Part shown: piece by piece, positions 51,782 through 61,757 of the stretch
How the letters are laid out: each line of letters begins with the position of its first letter
Numbering within the stretch: the stretch's first letter is position 1
Origin: Alphaproteobacteria bacterium
Lineage (GTDB): Bacteria > Pseudomonadota > Alphaproteobacteria > Micavibrionales > UBA2020
DNA: 64,000 bases
Assembly: GCA_016124645.1 (NCBI GenBank)
Contig: WGNE01000002.1
Location: 23,334-87,333, forward strand
Reading direction: 5' to 3'
The notes under the pieces: generated by a model
What the model saw: only the letters and a program-made list of their open reading frames with translations
Told to the model about the DNA's origin: nothing
Database searches by the model: none
Made by a program: the position numbers and the translations under genes

Positions 51782-53077
51782 ATGAACCGCCTGCGCTATA
51801 ATGACGGTTTGGGCCTTCAACAGGTATTTTCCATGGTTCAACTGGCACCGGACAGCTTTTCGACCGTCAAGACCATCGTCGCCTACGGGATCTTCGCGGC
51901 GAGCTACGTCGTCTTCGCCATCGGGCGCTTTCCGGGCATGAAGATCGACCGGCCGGGCGCGGCCATCATCGGCGCGGTGCTGATGTTCGCCTTCGGCATC
52001 ATGCCGCCGCACGGCGCGCTCAACGTCATCGACTTTTCCACGCTCGTGCTGTTGTTCTCCATGATGCTCATCGTTTCCTGCCTGCACCAGGCGGGGTTCT
52101 TCGACTGGGTCACGCATCTCATCGCCACGCATTTGAAGCCGCAGCAGCTTTTGCCGACGGTGATCTTCACCTCCGGCATTCTCTCCGCCTTCCTCGTCAA
52201 CGACATCATCTGCCTTGCGATGGTGCCGCTGGTGCTTTCCGCCACGCGGCGGTTGCGGGTGAAGCCGCTGCCCTATTTGCTGGCGGTGGCGACGGCCTCG
52301 AACATCGGCAGCGTGGCGACGATCACCGGCAACCCGCAGAACATCCTCGTCGGCGCCTATTCGGGCATCCATTATGCCGCCTTCATGGCGAAGCTGGGGC
52401 CCGTCGCTGTCATCGGGCTGTTCATCGACTGGGCGGTCATCCACTTCATCTTCCGCAAGACCAACGGCGCGACGGCGGCGGCGGAGGCGCTCGAACCCTC
52501 GAAGCCGGTCGATATATCCGGCCTCGCCAAGCCGCTCATCGTGACCGTCATCGTGCTGGCGGGCTTCCTGCTGGGCGTGCAGCCGGCGATGATGGCGGCG
52601 CTGGGCGCGGCGGTCATGCTCATCAGCCGCACGCGCGAGCCGCGCAAGGTCTATGAGGGCGTGGACTGGGGGCTGCTGATTTTCTTCACCGGGCTTTTCG
52701 TCATCATCGGCGGGGTGGAGAAGGCGGGCATCGGCGCCTATATGCACCATCTCGACGCAAGCTGGAACCTGCACATCCCCGTCGTCTTCGCCGGGGTGAT
52801 GACGGTTGTCTCAAGCCTCGTCGGCAACGTGCCGGCGGTGATGCTGGTGCGCAAGACGATGGAATCCTTCCCCGACCCGCAGGCGGGCTGGCTTTTGCTG
52901 GCCATGGCCACGACGCTGTCGGGCAACCTCGTCATCACGGCCTCGGTCGCGAACATCATCGTGGTCGAGCAGGCGCGCAAGGAAACGCCGATCACTTTCC
53001 TCGACTACCTCAAGGTCGGCCTGCCGGTCACGATTTTGACCCTCGCCGTGGGGCTGCTCTGGCTGCGCTACGTGTAA
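51782..53077 (+). CDS. anion permease of the ArsB/NhaD superfamily (YbiR-like)
   Basis: About 12-TM, 431-aa protein. The motifs LSAFLVNDIICLAMVP and ATASNIGSVATITGNPQN are typical of this family. The start may be the Met at 51833. Confidence 0.75.
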   Translation: MNRLRYNDGLGLQQVFSMVQLAPDSFSTVKTIVAYGIFAASYVVFAIGRFPGMKIDRPGAAIIGAVLMFAFGIMPPHGALNVIDFSTLVLLFSMMLIVSCLHQAGFFDWVTHLIATHLKPQQLLPTVIFTSGILSAFLVNDIICLAMVPLVLSATRRLRVKPLPYLLAVATASNIGSVATITGNPQNILVGAYSGIHYAAFMAKLGPVAVIGLFIDWAVIHFIFRKTNGATAAAEALEPSKPVDISGLAKPLIVTVIVLAGFLLGVQPAMMAALGAAVMLISRTREPRKVYEGVDWGLLIFFTGLFVIIGGVEKAGIGAYMHHLDASWNLHIPVVFAGVMTVVSSLVGNVPAVMLVRKTMESFPDPQAGWLLLAMATTLSGNLVITASVANIIVVEQARKETPITFLDYLKVGLPVTILTLAVGLLWLRYV

Positions 53078-53481
53078 GCGGGGTTTTCGCGGGAACGCGC
53101 GTCGCCAAAATTTTTTTTCGGGTTTTCTTCTTTTTCCGCCGGATGCCGCGCGCAATCCCCGCGCGAAAAAGGTTAAGTTTTCGTTAACCGCAGGTCGCGT
53201 CAAATCTATCATGCGTTTAGCGCGCCGCGCTGATGCGAAACAGGAAAGAAACAGGATGCAGAAAGGGTTAGCGCACCGCGCGCGATAGATTGCTTTTACC
53301 TACAATTTAATCTTTCCTTAACCCTTTCTAAACATTTTATTCTTTACATAGAACGGGGTTGGTGTACAATTAAAGAATAGCCGAAATCTGTCTCGTCGGG
53401 AGTATGTCGGGATGTGTGTGACGGCTTGTATGAGATTGCATTATTATCTCCGATTTTGTGTGGTGTGGGGGGTACGAAAAT

Positions 53482-56436
53482 ATGTCGAACGATCATTCTT
53501 CCAAAAAAGTGACGGTCACGTCCGGTTTGGCTTTTGCCTTGCTGCCGCAGTTCAAGTACAGCTTGGCGGGGCTGAAGGAACTTGTCCCCCTCTTCAGAAT
53601 TACGCTGGCCATCGTGCTGAGCCATGCGAAGCTTATTCGCAAGGATCACCCCGTCCTGACGGACAGGCATAGCGCCACCATCGCCGACCTTATGGGCGAA
53701 GCCTGGTACACGCTGCGCACCACACGCGCGACGACCACGCAATGGGGCGTCTTTTCATCCATCGTCGTTTTCTCCAGCCTCATGATCTCCGCCGTCGGCA
53801 TGCTCGTTTTGCGGGTCGGTCTCGGCGTGGGCGAAGTCGCGCACGCGCAACTGTTTTCCGCGGCGAACGACCCCTACGGCAACGGCGGGGATACATCCAT
53901 TACCGGCGGCGTGCAAAACCTTGCGTCCCCGGGCACGACCGTCCTGTTCGATTCACGCGTGCAGAACGGCGCGACCTCGGATTCCGCCAAGGATTACGCA
54001 ATGATGCTGCTTGACAAGGTTCTCCGCCAGGCGGCGGGCAACCAGAACGGCGGCACCATGCAAAACGCGCTGGCGAGCCTGATGGAGGTTTACAACAGCG
54101 CCGTGCTGATCATCGCCAGCGTGATCATCTTCTGGATGATCATGTCCGTGGTCGTGGACACCGCCAAGACCGGCACCATCGGCGGCGGCCGCCACAACAT
54201 GGTCTGGGCGCCGATCCGCGTGGTCTTCGCGCTGGGCATCATGATTCCGCTGGGCTCGCAGGGCTTCAGCTCCGGCCAGTACATGGTCATGAAGCTTGCC
54301 GAATGGGGTTCCAACCTCGGCTCGCGCGCATGGTTCACCTATATCCAGAAGGTCGTGACCGGGCCGAGCGGCGACAGCATGCTCGCGGGCTACAGCGCGC
54401 AGAACGTGACCAACATCGTCGATGGCATTTCGCACACGCTGGCCTGCCAGGTGACGTACAACGCCTTCACCAAGCAGTCGCTTTCGCCGGATACGCCGGC
54501 GCCGAAAGACCTCGTGATGCCTTCCGCCCTGTCGTATGACAGCATGACGGGCCGGCATATGTACACCTATACGACGGCGTCCGAGAACAACATGTGCGGC
54601 CAGATTTCCTACAGGGACACGGCGCCCTCGGCTCCCAGTGCCGACTATACGTACCCGGCATACGTGACGGGTCTCGGCGGCACGACGACGCCCGTCGCTG
54701 CGGCCGCGCCTGATTTCGCGACCTATAACAGGAACGTGGTCGCGGCCATCACGGGCGACCCGTGGTTCATCCAGAACATCAACAACTTCAACAATTCCAT
54801 GTCCGCGGCCCTTGCCGCGCAGGTGGCGCCGGGCGGTCCTGCGCTCATGAAGGCGTATGAATTCGCCTGCACCTTCGTCGCAAGACGCTTCAACGACGGG
54901 AATAAAGGCGTGACGGAAGCGGACAACCCGGTTTCGAAACTGACCAACCCCGCGGCCGACGGCGCCAACTGCAACGGCAAGCTCGACCTGTGCGGCGGTA
55001 CTTACGACGCCGCGACGGGTAAAGACCCGAACGACAGCTGCCAGCAGGCCATGGTGGGGATGCTGCAAGACGCCATGAGGGGTGCGTATGACACGAACGC
55101 GACCCAGCTTGACGCGGCCATCATGACCGGCGTGCTGAACGAGAACAAGGCACGCGGCTGGGCCAACATGGGCTTGTTCTTCGCTGAAATCTCGGCGATC
55201 AACGTCCAGCTCCAAAGCGCCATCCACCCGGATGTCAAAATCACCCCGGGTGCGGCATGGGAGCAGGCGACCTGCGGCTTCTTCAAAGGCATCGGCAACT
55301 GGTTTGCCAACCTGGTCCGCGCGAAAGACCAGGATTGCGTGACCGACCTTCAAAAGCAGATGAACACGGTCATGGCCGACTACAGCCGGTGGTGGGATTA
55401 TACCTCCGCGCACCCGGGCTCCACGCCGACGGACCCGATGAAGACGGTGACGGAAGGCAAGAACATCACCCCGTCCACCAGCGCGAAAGACAGCGGCGGC
55501 GGCAGCTCGACCGACGGCAAGGTCATGGACATCATCACGTCCATCATTCCGAAGACGCCGTCGCCCTTCATCGGTCTGGCGCAGCCTGTTGACGGTACCA
55601 AAACGGGTTCTTTCCCGATGGCGGAACTGTCCAACGTCGGCACGAGCCTGATCTGGTCGGGCATCGGCATCGAAGTCGCCTCCACGGTGGCCCAGATGCT
55701 TGCGGGTGCGACGGTTGAAGTGCTCGGTATCGGCGGCAGCCTCGGCGGCGGCGGTGCCTTCATCTTCCAGACCTTCGACTCGGTCGCAAACGCCATGATC
55801 ATGGCCGGTATGGTGCTGCTCTTCTGGCTGCCTGCCATGCCTGCCATCCGCGTGGCCTTCGCGACGCTGACCTGGATCACGGCCGTATTCCTCGCCGTCT
55901 CCATGGTGCCGATCGCGGCGCTGGCTCACCTGACCTCCGAAGGCGAAGGCCTGTCGGGCGGTGCGCGCGTCGCCTGGGTGCTGTGGCTCAACATCCTGCT
56001 GCGGCCGGTGCTTGTGGTCCTCGGGTTCGTGGGCGCGGTGCTGGTCTATAACTCCTTCGCCGTTTACTTCAACTCCATGTTCGGTGGCGTTGCGGGTATG
56101 GTGATGGACCAGGGCAATGGTATCTTCTCCTTCATCGGCATGTTCGCCTATACCGCGATCTATGTCATGGTCCTCTACACGGCCGCCAACTCCAGCTTCA
56201 AGATGATGGACTTGATGGCCGACGGCATGATGACCTGGATGGGCGCCGGCGCAGCTGCTCACAGCTTCGACGACAACCATGGCGCCGCACACGGCGTGAT
56301 GAGCCAGGCGGGCGGCATGATGGCGGGTATGGCCATCGGCAGCCAGGGCAGACGGCAGGCTACCGGTATGGCCGGTATCGGAGCCGCCAAAGCGCTCAGG
56401 AACAAAAATGCTACACCTGCCGATCCTCCGAAGTGA
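53482..56436 (+). CDS. DotA/TraY-like polytopic inner-membrane protein (type IVB secretion component homolog)
   Basis: I place the start at MSNDH (GGGGGG lies 8-13 nt upstream). YNSAVL...TAKTGTIGGGRHNMVWAPIRVVFALGIMIPLGSQGFSSGQYMVM and AALAHLTSEGEGLSGGARVAWVLWLNILLRPVLVVLGF resemble the two conserved DotA/TraY blocks as I remember them. A Cys-containing ~430-aa central loop is followed by a C-terminal TM bundle. That it is a real CDS is near certain; the family call is moderate. Confidence 0.6.
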   Translation: MSNDHSSKKVTVTSGLAFALLPQFKYSLAGLKELVPLFRITLAIVLSHAKLIRKDHPVLTDRHSATIADLMGEAWYTLRTTRATTTQWGVFSSIVVFSSLMISAVGMLVLRVGLGVGEVAHAQLFSAANDPYGNGGDTSITGGVQNLASPGTTVLFDSRVQNGATSDSAKDYAMMLLDKVLRQAAGNQNGGTMQNALASLMEVYNSAVLIIASVIIFWMIMSVVVDTAKTGTIGGGRHNMVWAPIRVVFALGIMIPLGSQGFSSGQYMVMKLAEWGSNLGSRAWFTYIQKVVTGPSGDSMLAGYSAQNVTNIVDGISHTLACQVTYNAFTKQSLSPDTPAPKDLVMPSALSYDSMTGRHMYTYTTASENNMCGQISYRDTAPSAPSADYTYPAYVTGLGGTTTPVAAAAPDFATYNRNVVAAITGDPWFIQNINNFNNSMSAALAAQVAPGGPALMKAYEFACTFVARRFNDGNKGVTEADNPVSKLTNPAADGANCNGKLDLCGGTYDAATGKDPNDSCQQAMVGMLQDAMRGAYDTNATQLDAAIMTGVLNENKARGWANMGLFFAEISAINVQLQSAIHPDVKITPGAAWEQATCGFFKGIGNWFANLVRAKDQDCVTDLQKQMNTVMADYSRWWDYTSAHPGSTPTDPMKTVTEGKNITPSTSAKDSGGGSSTDGKVMDIITSIIPKTPSPFIGLAQPVDGTKTGSFPMAELSNVGTSLIWSGIGIEVASTVAQMLAGATVEVLGIGGSLGGGGAFIFQTFDSVANAMIMAGMVLLFWLPAMPAIRVAFATLTWITAVFLAVSMVPIAALAHLTSEGEGLSGGARVAWVLWLNILLRPVLVVLGFVGAVLVYNSFAVYFNSMFGGVAGMVMDQGNGIFSFIGMFAYTAIYVMVLYTAANSSFKMMDLMADGMMTWMGAGAAAHSFDDNHGAAHGVMSQAGGMMAGMAIGSQGRRQATGMAGIGAAKALRNKNATPADPPK

Positions 56437-56456
56437 TGATCGCCAACCAAACAAAA

Positions 56457-56487
56457 GGGGCGGGAATTCATTTCCCGCCCTTTTTTG
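56457..56487 (+). terminator. rho-independent terminator after the DotA-like gene
   Basis: Stem GGGCGGGAA / TTCCCGCCC (56458-56466 / 56472-56480), followed by TTTTTT. Confidence 0.7.
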
Positions 56488-56579
56488 TTGCCCGTATCCA
56501 GCCCTGATGCTTACGGAAGGGCTTGGTGCCGAAGCCGCTTTCCATTAAAAAGAAACCAGAGGAAGGCGGATAAAGGTTT

Positions 56580-58361
56580 ATGTCAATCAAGACAAAAGCG
56601 CCCGTATTATATGCCGTGTTGCTGCTGGCGGTTTTTCTGTCGCTGGCGCCGCTGGCCTATGCCTTCGACATTCCGGGATTTTCCCCCGGCGATGCCGTGA
56701 AGCTCGTGACCGTGCCGCCGTCGCCCAAGCTGGAAAAGCAGCTGAAGGACATGCTGGCCGAAAACCGCGCGCAGAATGAGGAGGCGGGGTTCCGCCAACC
56801 GCCGCCGCGCCGCGCCCGCGCGGAGGAGGAGCTGATCGGCCGCCTGATGCGGGCCGAGGGCTATTACGACGCGACCGCGCAATTCGCCATCGACCACCGC
56901 GTCGTCTCCTATACCGTCACGACGGGTGCGCCCTTCATCGTCACCGTGCTGAAAATAGACACGCCGAAAGGCGTGAAGCTGCCGCGCCGCCTGCACCTCG
57001 CCCAGCGCAAGAACAAGCCGCTGCGGGCCGAGGACGTGCAGAAAAGCCTCGACCGGCTGACGGAGGCGGTGCAGAAGAACAATTGCCTCTACGACGTGTC
57101 GGTCAGCTACGACGCGCGCATCAACCGCGACAACCACACGGCGCGCCTGACCCTGACGGTGAAAAAAAGCGCGAAGGCGAAGGTGGGGCGCGTCCGCTTC
57201 AAGGGGCTCGGCAGGGTGAAGGAAGACTACGCGCTGCAAAAGACGGAGCTGCAGCCGGGCGCCTGCTTCAACCGCGCCGCCGTCGATCAGGCGCGGCTCA
57301 ATCTCCTGCAGTCCAACCTTTTCGCCAGCGTGACGGACGAGGTGGCGCCGCTGAAACGCGGCAAGGCCGACGTGACCTTCAGCCTGCGCCCCCGGCCGCC
57401 GCATACCATCACGGCCGGGGCGGGCTACAGCTCGGACGAGGGGCCGAACGTCTCCGCGGGCTGGGAGCATCGCAACCTTTTCGGCCGCGGCGAAAAGCTG
57501 GACCTCGGCGCGCAGTGGTCGGCGATTTTGCAGGGGGTGAATTCTAGCCTGACGTTTCCCGACTTCCACCGCAAGGACCAGAGCCTGACCCTGACCGGCG
57601 ATGTTTCCAAGACCAATTCCGACGCCTACGACACCCGGGCCCTGACGCTGGGGGCGACGGTCACGCGCAAGCTTTCGGACCACCTCAGCGCCTCGCTCGG
57701 CACGGGGCTCAAGGTCTCGCGCGAGACGGGGGGCACGGCGAGCAACGACACGGTGGGGCTCGTCTTCTTCCCCGCCAGCCTTACCTATGACAGCCGCAAC
57801 GATTTGCTGGACCCCAAAAGCGGCTGGACGGGCACGGCGGGGCTGAAGCCCTTCATCGACAGTTTCGACACCGGCACGGCCTTCCTGAAAAGCACGCTGA
57901 CGGCCAGCGGTTATTACTCGCCGCGTTTCGTGCGCCACAAGCGCCTGACCTTCGCCGCGCGCGCGGGACTGGGCAGCATCAGCGGCATCAGCCTGAACGC
58001 CGTGCCGCTGGACGAGCGCTTTTATGCGGGCGGCGGCGGCTCGGTGCGCGGCTATCCCTACCAGCAGCTCAGCCCGCTGAAGGGAAGTACGCCGGACGGC
58101 GGCCGCTCCTATATCGAAACCTCTTTCGAGACGCGCTACCGCTTCACGCATGACTGGGGCGCCGTGCTGTTCACGGACGGCGGGGCGGCGGCGGTCAGCA
58201 GCATTCCGCGCACCGGCGAGATGCGCTGGGCCGTGGGGGCGGGGGCGCGTTATTATACGGACTTCGCGCCCATCCGCTTCGACGTCGCCGTGCCGCTGGC
58301 GCGCCGCACGGGCATCGACCACAACTATGAATTCTACATCAGCATCGGCCAGGCCTTCTGA
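56580..58361 (+). CDS. tamA: translocation and assembly module outer-membrane protein TamA (Omp85 family)
   Basis: Signal peptide, POTRA-like N-terminal region, and a C-terminal beta-barrel ending in YISIGQAF (terminal Phe). Its stop overlaps the tamB start. Confidence 0.8.
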   Translation: MSIKTKAPVLYAVLLLAVFLSLAPLAYAFDIPGFSPGDAVKLVTVPPSPKLEKQLKDMLAENRAQNEEAGFRQPPPRRARAEEELIGRLMRAEGYYDATAQFAIDHRVVSYTVTTGAPFIVTVLKIDTPKGVKLPRRLHLAQRKNKPLRAEDVQKSLDRLTEAVQKNNCLYDVSVSYDARINRDNHTARLTLTVKKSAKAKVGRVRFKGLGRVKEDYALQKTELQPGACFNRAAVDQARLNLLQSNLFASVTDEVAPLKRGKADVTFSLRPRPPHTITAGAGYSSDEGPNVSAGWEHRNLFGRGEKLDLGAQWSAILQGVNSSLTFPDFHRKDQSLTLTGDVSKTNSDAYDTRALTLGATVTRKLSDHLSASLGTGLKVSRETGGTASNDTVGLVFFPASLTYDSRNDLLDPKSGWTGTAGLKPFIDSFDTGTAFLKSTLTASGYYSPRFVRHKRLTFAARAGLGSISGISLNAVPLDERFYAGGGGSVRGYPYQQLSPLKGSTPDGGRSYIETSFETRYRFTHDWGAVLFTDGGAAAVSSIPRTGEMRWAVGAGARYYTDFAPIRFDVAVPLARRTGIDHNYEFYISIGQAF

Positions 58362-60712
58362 TGGCGAAGGAAAAGAAAACAAAGGAAAGGCCCGAAAAGA
58401 AACCCGCGAAGAAGGCGGGCGGGAGGCGGCCGCGCCGCTGGGGCGGCCGGTTGCTGCGCTGGCTGGCGCATCTTTCCGCCAGCGGGGCGGGTTTCGCCAT
58501 TCTGGGCGCGCTGGCCGTGGTCGTCATGGCGGGCACGCCCGCCGGGCGGATGACTTTGCTGCGCGGCTTCATCGTGCCGGTGCTCTCGGCCGGGGGTGTG
58601 CATGTCTCGTGGCAGAAGATCGAGACGCCGGATGCGCGGCACTGGCATTTGACCGAACTGAAAATCGCCATTCCCGAAGCCCATGTGAAGCTTTCCGTGA
58701 AGGACGCGGCGGCGGAATTCGACTATCACGCCCTGCTTCTGGGGCGGCTGGGCGTGCCGGGCGTGACGCTCAAGGGCATATCCTCCGGCGACGCGCCGCC
58801 CGAAGCGCTGGCGGCGAAGACGGTATTCACCGCGCTGGGCGTGCTGGACATGGCGGGGCAGGGGACGGACCTCAAGATATCGACGAAAGACGTGCCTTTG
58901 CAGCTGCTGGCCGCGCTCGGCGGGTTTCCCGTGCCGGAGAACCTCGGCGGCACGCTGAACGGCGACGTTTCCCTCGTCGGCGACGGGGTGAACGTCAACG
59001 GGCTGACGCTCGCGCTGAAGGACAAGCGGGTGCAGCCGGTCATCCGGGGCAAGGCGAGAAGCGCGGAGATCGGCACCGTCACCCTTGCCGGGCTTTACGG
59101 GCCGCAGGGCTTCGATATGAACCTGAAGACGGAAAAGCTTTCCGCCGCGCTTTTGCAGCTGATGGATATCGGCATCTCTTCCGGCACGATGGGGGCGGAT
59201 ATCGCCCTGAAAGGCACGGCGGAACACCCGCTGCTCTCGGGCGGCTTTTCCTATGACGAGCGCCCGCACCGCCGCCGCGCCGCCATCCGCCTCGCCGGGA
59301 AGATCGCCACCGAAAACGATATCGTAACCGTCGATACCGCACTCAGCCAGTCGGGCGGGAAGGCCGGCGGCGCCCTGCGCCTCGCCGTTCCCCTGACGGG
59401 CAAGCTTTCCGCGAAGCTGTCGGGCAGGCTCGACCTCTCCTTCCTGCGCTTCGTCCTTGATCCCTTCGAGCACAAGCTGAGCGGCGCGCTGACCCTCGAC
59501 CTCGCGGTCTCGGGCGACAGGGCGCATCCCGCCCTGAACGGCACATTGGCCATCGCGAAAGGTTTCTACGACAATGTCGTCAGCGGCACGACGCTCAGCG
59601 ACATCAACATCCTCCTGCGCGCGAGCGGGCAGAAAATCGCCATCGAGAAGGCACAGGCGGGCGACGGGGCGAAAGGGCGGATGAGTCTTTCCGGCGCCTT
59701 CGACTGGGCGGACAAGCCGCTGACGCGCACGCCCGTCAGCCTGACCTTCACCGCCGAGCATGCCCAACTCCTGCGCCGGCGCGACATGTCGGGCAGCGCG
59801 ACGGGGGCGTTGCGGCTGGCGGGCACGCTGAAGGGCATGACGCTTTCCGGCACGCTGGAGGTTTCGCCCTTCACCATGTCGCTCGACGCGTTGAAAGCCT
59901 CCTCCATCCCCGAGATCGAGGTGACCGACGCGACCCCCGGCGCGCGGGCGGAAGCGGGAACCGACGGGCGGGACATGATGGCCTTGCTGCCGCCGGTCAT
60001 GACGGACGTGACCATCAATGTTTCCAAGCAGGCCTACCTGCGCGGCATGGGGGTCGATGCGGAGGTCAGCGGCCACGTGCATGTGGGCGGCCCGCTGGCG
60101 CAATCGGACTACAGCGGCAGCTTCAAGACCGTGCGCGGCAGCTGCGAGGTCTTCGGCAAGAAATTCGTCTTGCAGCAAGGACAGGTGGATTTCGAGGGTG
60201 AGGCGATGTCGCTGAACATTTCCGCCCTGCACCACGGGCAAGGCGTGGACACCACGGCCACGATCTCGGGCTCCATGAAAAAGCCCGCGCTCGCGCTCAC
60301 CTCCGTGCCCGCCATGCCGCAGGACGAGATATTGTCGAACCTGCTGTTCGGCAAGTCGGCCAGCACGCTGACGCCGTTTCAGGCCGTGCGGCTGGCGGCG
60401 GCGGTGCAGCAGATGCGCGGCGGCGGCGCGGGCATTTTCGACCCCGTGGGCAGCGTGCGCGACAAGCTGGGGCTCGACAGCCTCTCGGTCGGCAGCGACA
60501 GCACGCCCGACGGCCAGCAGGGTTTTTCCGCCGGCGCGGGCAAATACATCGGCGACAAGGTTTATCTGGAAGTGCAGAAAACGCCCGACCCCACGCATCC
60601 CTTCGAGGCCGACGTGCAGGTGGAGCTGACCCCGCACCTGAACCTGAAGAGCGGTTCCGGCGGACCCACGGGCGCGGGCAACATCGGCCTGCAATGGAAG
60701 AAGGATTACTAA
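58361..60712 (+). CDS. tamB: translocation and assembly module protein TamB (short form, DUF490 C-terminus)
   Basis: N-terminal basic segment plus TM anchor, a repetitive beta-rich body, and a DUF490-like C-terminus (LFGKSASTLTPFQAVRLA...GKYIGDKVYLEV...LQWKKDY). Only 783 aa. Confidence 0.75.
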   Translation: MAKEKKTKERPEKKPAKKAGGRRPRRWGGRLLRWLAHLSASGAGFAILGALAVVVMAGTPAGRMTLLRGFIVPVLSAGGVHVSWQKIETPDARHWHLTELKIAIPEAHVKLSVKDAAAEFDYHALLLGRLGVPGVTLKGISSGDAPPEALAAKTVFTALGVLDMAGQGTDLKISTKDVPLQLLAALGGFPVPENLGGTLNGDVSLVGDGVNVNGLTLALKDKRVQPVIRGKARSAEIGTVTLAGLYGPQGFDMNLKTEKLSAALLQLMDIGISSGTMGADIALKGTAEHPLLSGGFSYDERPHRRRAAIRLAGKIATENDIVTVDTALSQSGGKAGGALRLAVPLTGKLSAKLSGRLDLSFLRFVLDPFEHKLSGALTLDLAVSGDRAHPALNGTLAIAKGFYDNVVSGTTLSDINILLRASGQKIAIEKAQAGDGAKGRMSLSGAFDWADKPLTRTPVSLTFTAEHAQLLRRRDMSGSATGALRLAGTLKGMTLSGTLEVSPFTMSLDALKASSIPEIEVTDATPGARAEAGTDGRDMMALLPPVMTDVTINVSKQAYLRGMGVDAEVSGHVHVGGPLAQSDYSGSFKTVRGSCEVFGKKFVLQQGQVDFEGEAMSLNISALHHGQGVDTTATISGSMKKPALALTSVPAMPQDEILSNLLFGKSASTLTPFQAVRLAAAVQQMRGGGAGIFDPVGSVRDKLGLDSLSVGSDSTPDGQQGFSAGAGKYIGDKVYLEVQKTPDPTHPFEADVQVELTPHLNLKSGSGGPTGAGNIGLQWKKDY

Positions 60713-60716
60713 GGCC

Positions 60717-61649
60717 ATGCCGCACACGCGCCACCACAAGCCGGCCGTCGGCATTTCCTACACGCTGGCGGGCTATTTCGTGCTCACGCTGTTTTCCGCG
60801 CTCAACAAGTCGGTGCAGGAACGGCTGCACTTCCCCGCGGGCGAGGTGATGTTCTTCGACGGCATGGTCGGCATGTGGTGCATGGTCGCGGCCTCGCTCT
60901 GGCAGGGCAACGTGAAGGGGCTGAAGATGGGCCACTGGCTGCAGGCGCCGCTGATGCTCATCAACACGGTGGCGGCATTCCTGCTGTTCAGCGCCTATCC
61001 CTACCTGCCGCTGGTCAACGCCTACCTCATCGGCTATACCGGCCCGCTGATGATCACTGCCATGGGCGCGCTGTTTTTGAAGGAGCGCATCACGTGGCGG
61101 CAGGGGGCGGCCATCCTCGCCGGTTTCGCGGGAGTGGCCTTCGCGCTGGGCCCGAAGGAGCTGGCGCTCAATACGGCGGTGCTGGAGATGTTCGGCGGCA
61201 CGGTGCTGTTCTCCGTCGCGCAGGTCATGGTGCGAAAACTGAGCAACACGGAAAGCATCTGGTCCTTTCCGTTCTATTTCTATATCGGCATGTTCTGTCT
61301 TTCGGGCCTGCTGTTCCACGAAAGCTTCGTCATGCCGCAAGGGGCGGGGCAGTGGGGCATGGCGCTTTCGCTGGGCGTGTTCGACGCGCTGTCGCTGGGC
61401 ATGATGTACCTCGGCCTGAAATACGCGGAGACCTCGACGGTGGCGCCGTTCCAGTATTCCTCGCTGCTCTGGGTCACGCTGCTCGACATTTTCCTCTGGA
61501 GCAAATACCCCGCGGCGCGCACATGGCTGGGCGCGGGCGTCGTCGTTCGGGCCGGCATCTACCTCGTCATGCATACCCGCCGCCTGCAGCGCGAGACGCT
61601 GGCCCCCGCGCTGCCCATGCCGCCGCCGGAAGACGAAACGGAAGGCTGA
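60717..61649 (+). CDS. DMT superfamily (EamA-like) transporter
   Basis: 10-TM, 310-aa protein with two EamA-like halves. Confidence 0.8.
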   Translation: MPHTRHHKPAVGISYTLAGYFVLTLFSALNKSVQERLHFPAGEVMFFDGMVGMWCMVAASLWQGNVKGLKMGHWLQAPLMLINTVAAFLLFSAYPYLPLVNAYLIGYTGPLMITAMGALFLKERITWRQGAAILAGFAGVAFALGPKELALNTAVLEMFGGTVLFSVAQVMVRKLSNTESIWSFPFYFYIGMFCLSGLLFHESFVMPQGAGQWGMALSLGVFDALSLGMMYLGLKYAETSTVAPFQYSSLLWVTLLDIFLWSKYPAARTWLGAGVVVRAGIYLVMHTRRLQRETLAPALPMPPPEDETEG

Positions 61650-61757
61650 TTTTTACATATCGCTTCATTATGCCGGAGGGGGCTTGAACATCCGCCCGCA
61701 AGGGGGTAGCAATGAATACAGACCCTTTTCATTCATCCGTTTTCAGGCGAGGCCGAT

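Noticed and set aside
53953-60754. Minus-strand ORFs of 833 aa (53953..56454), 591 aa (56607..58382) and 806 aa (58334..60754).
   Set aside because: They mirror the DotA-like, tamA and tamB genes. Their products are Arg/Gly/His-rich with no hydrophobic pattern or motifs. The plus-strand products, by contrast, have coherent TM, beta-barrel and DUF490 features.
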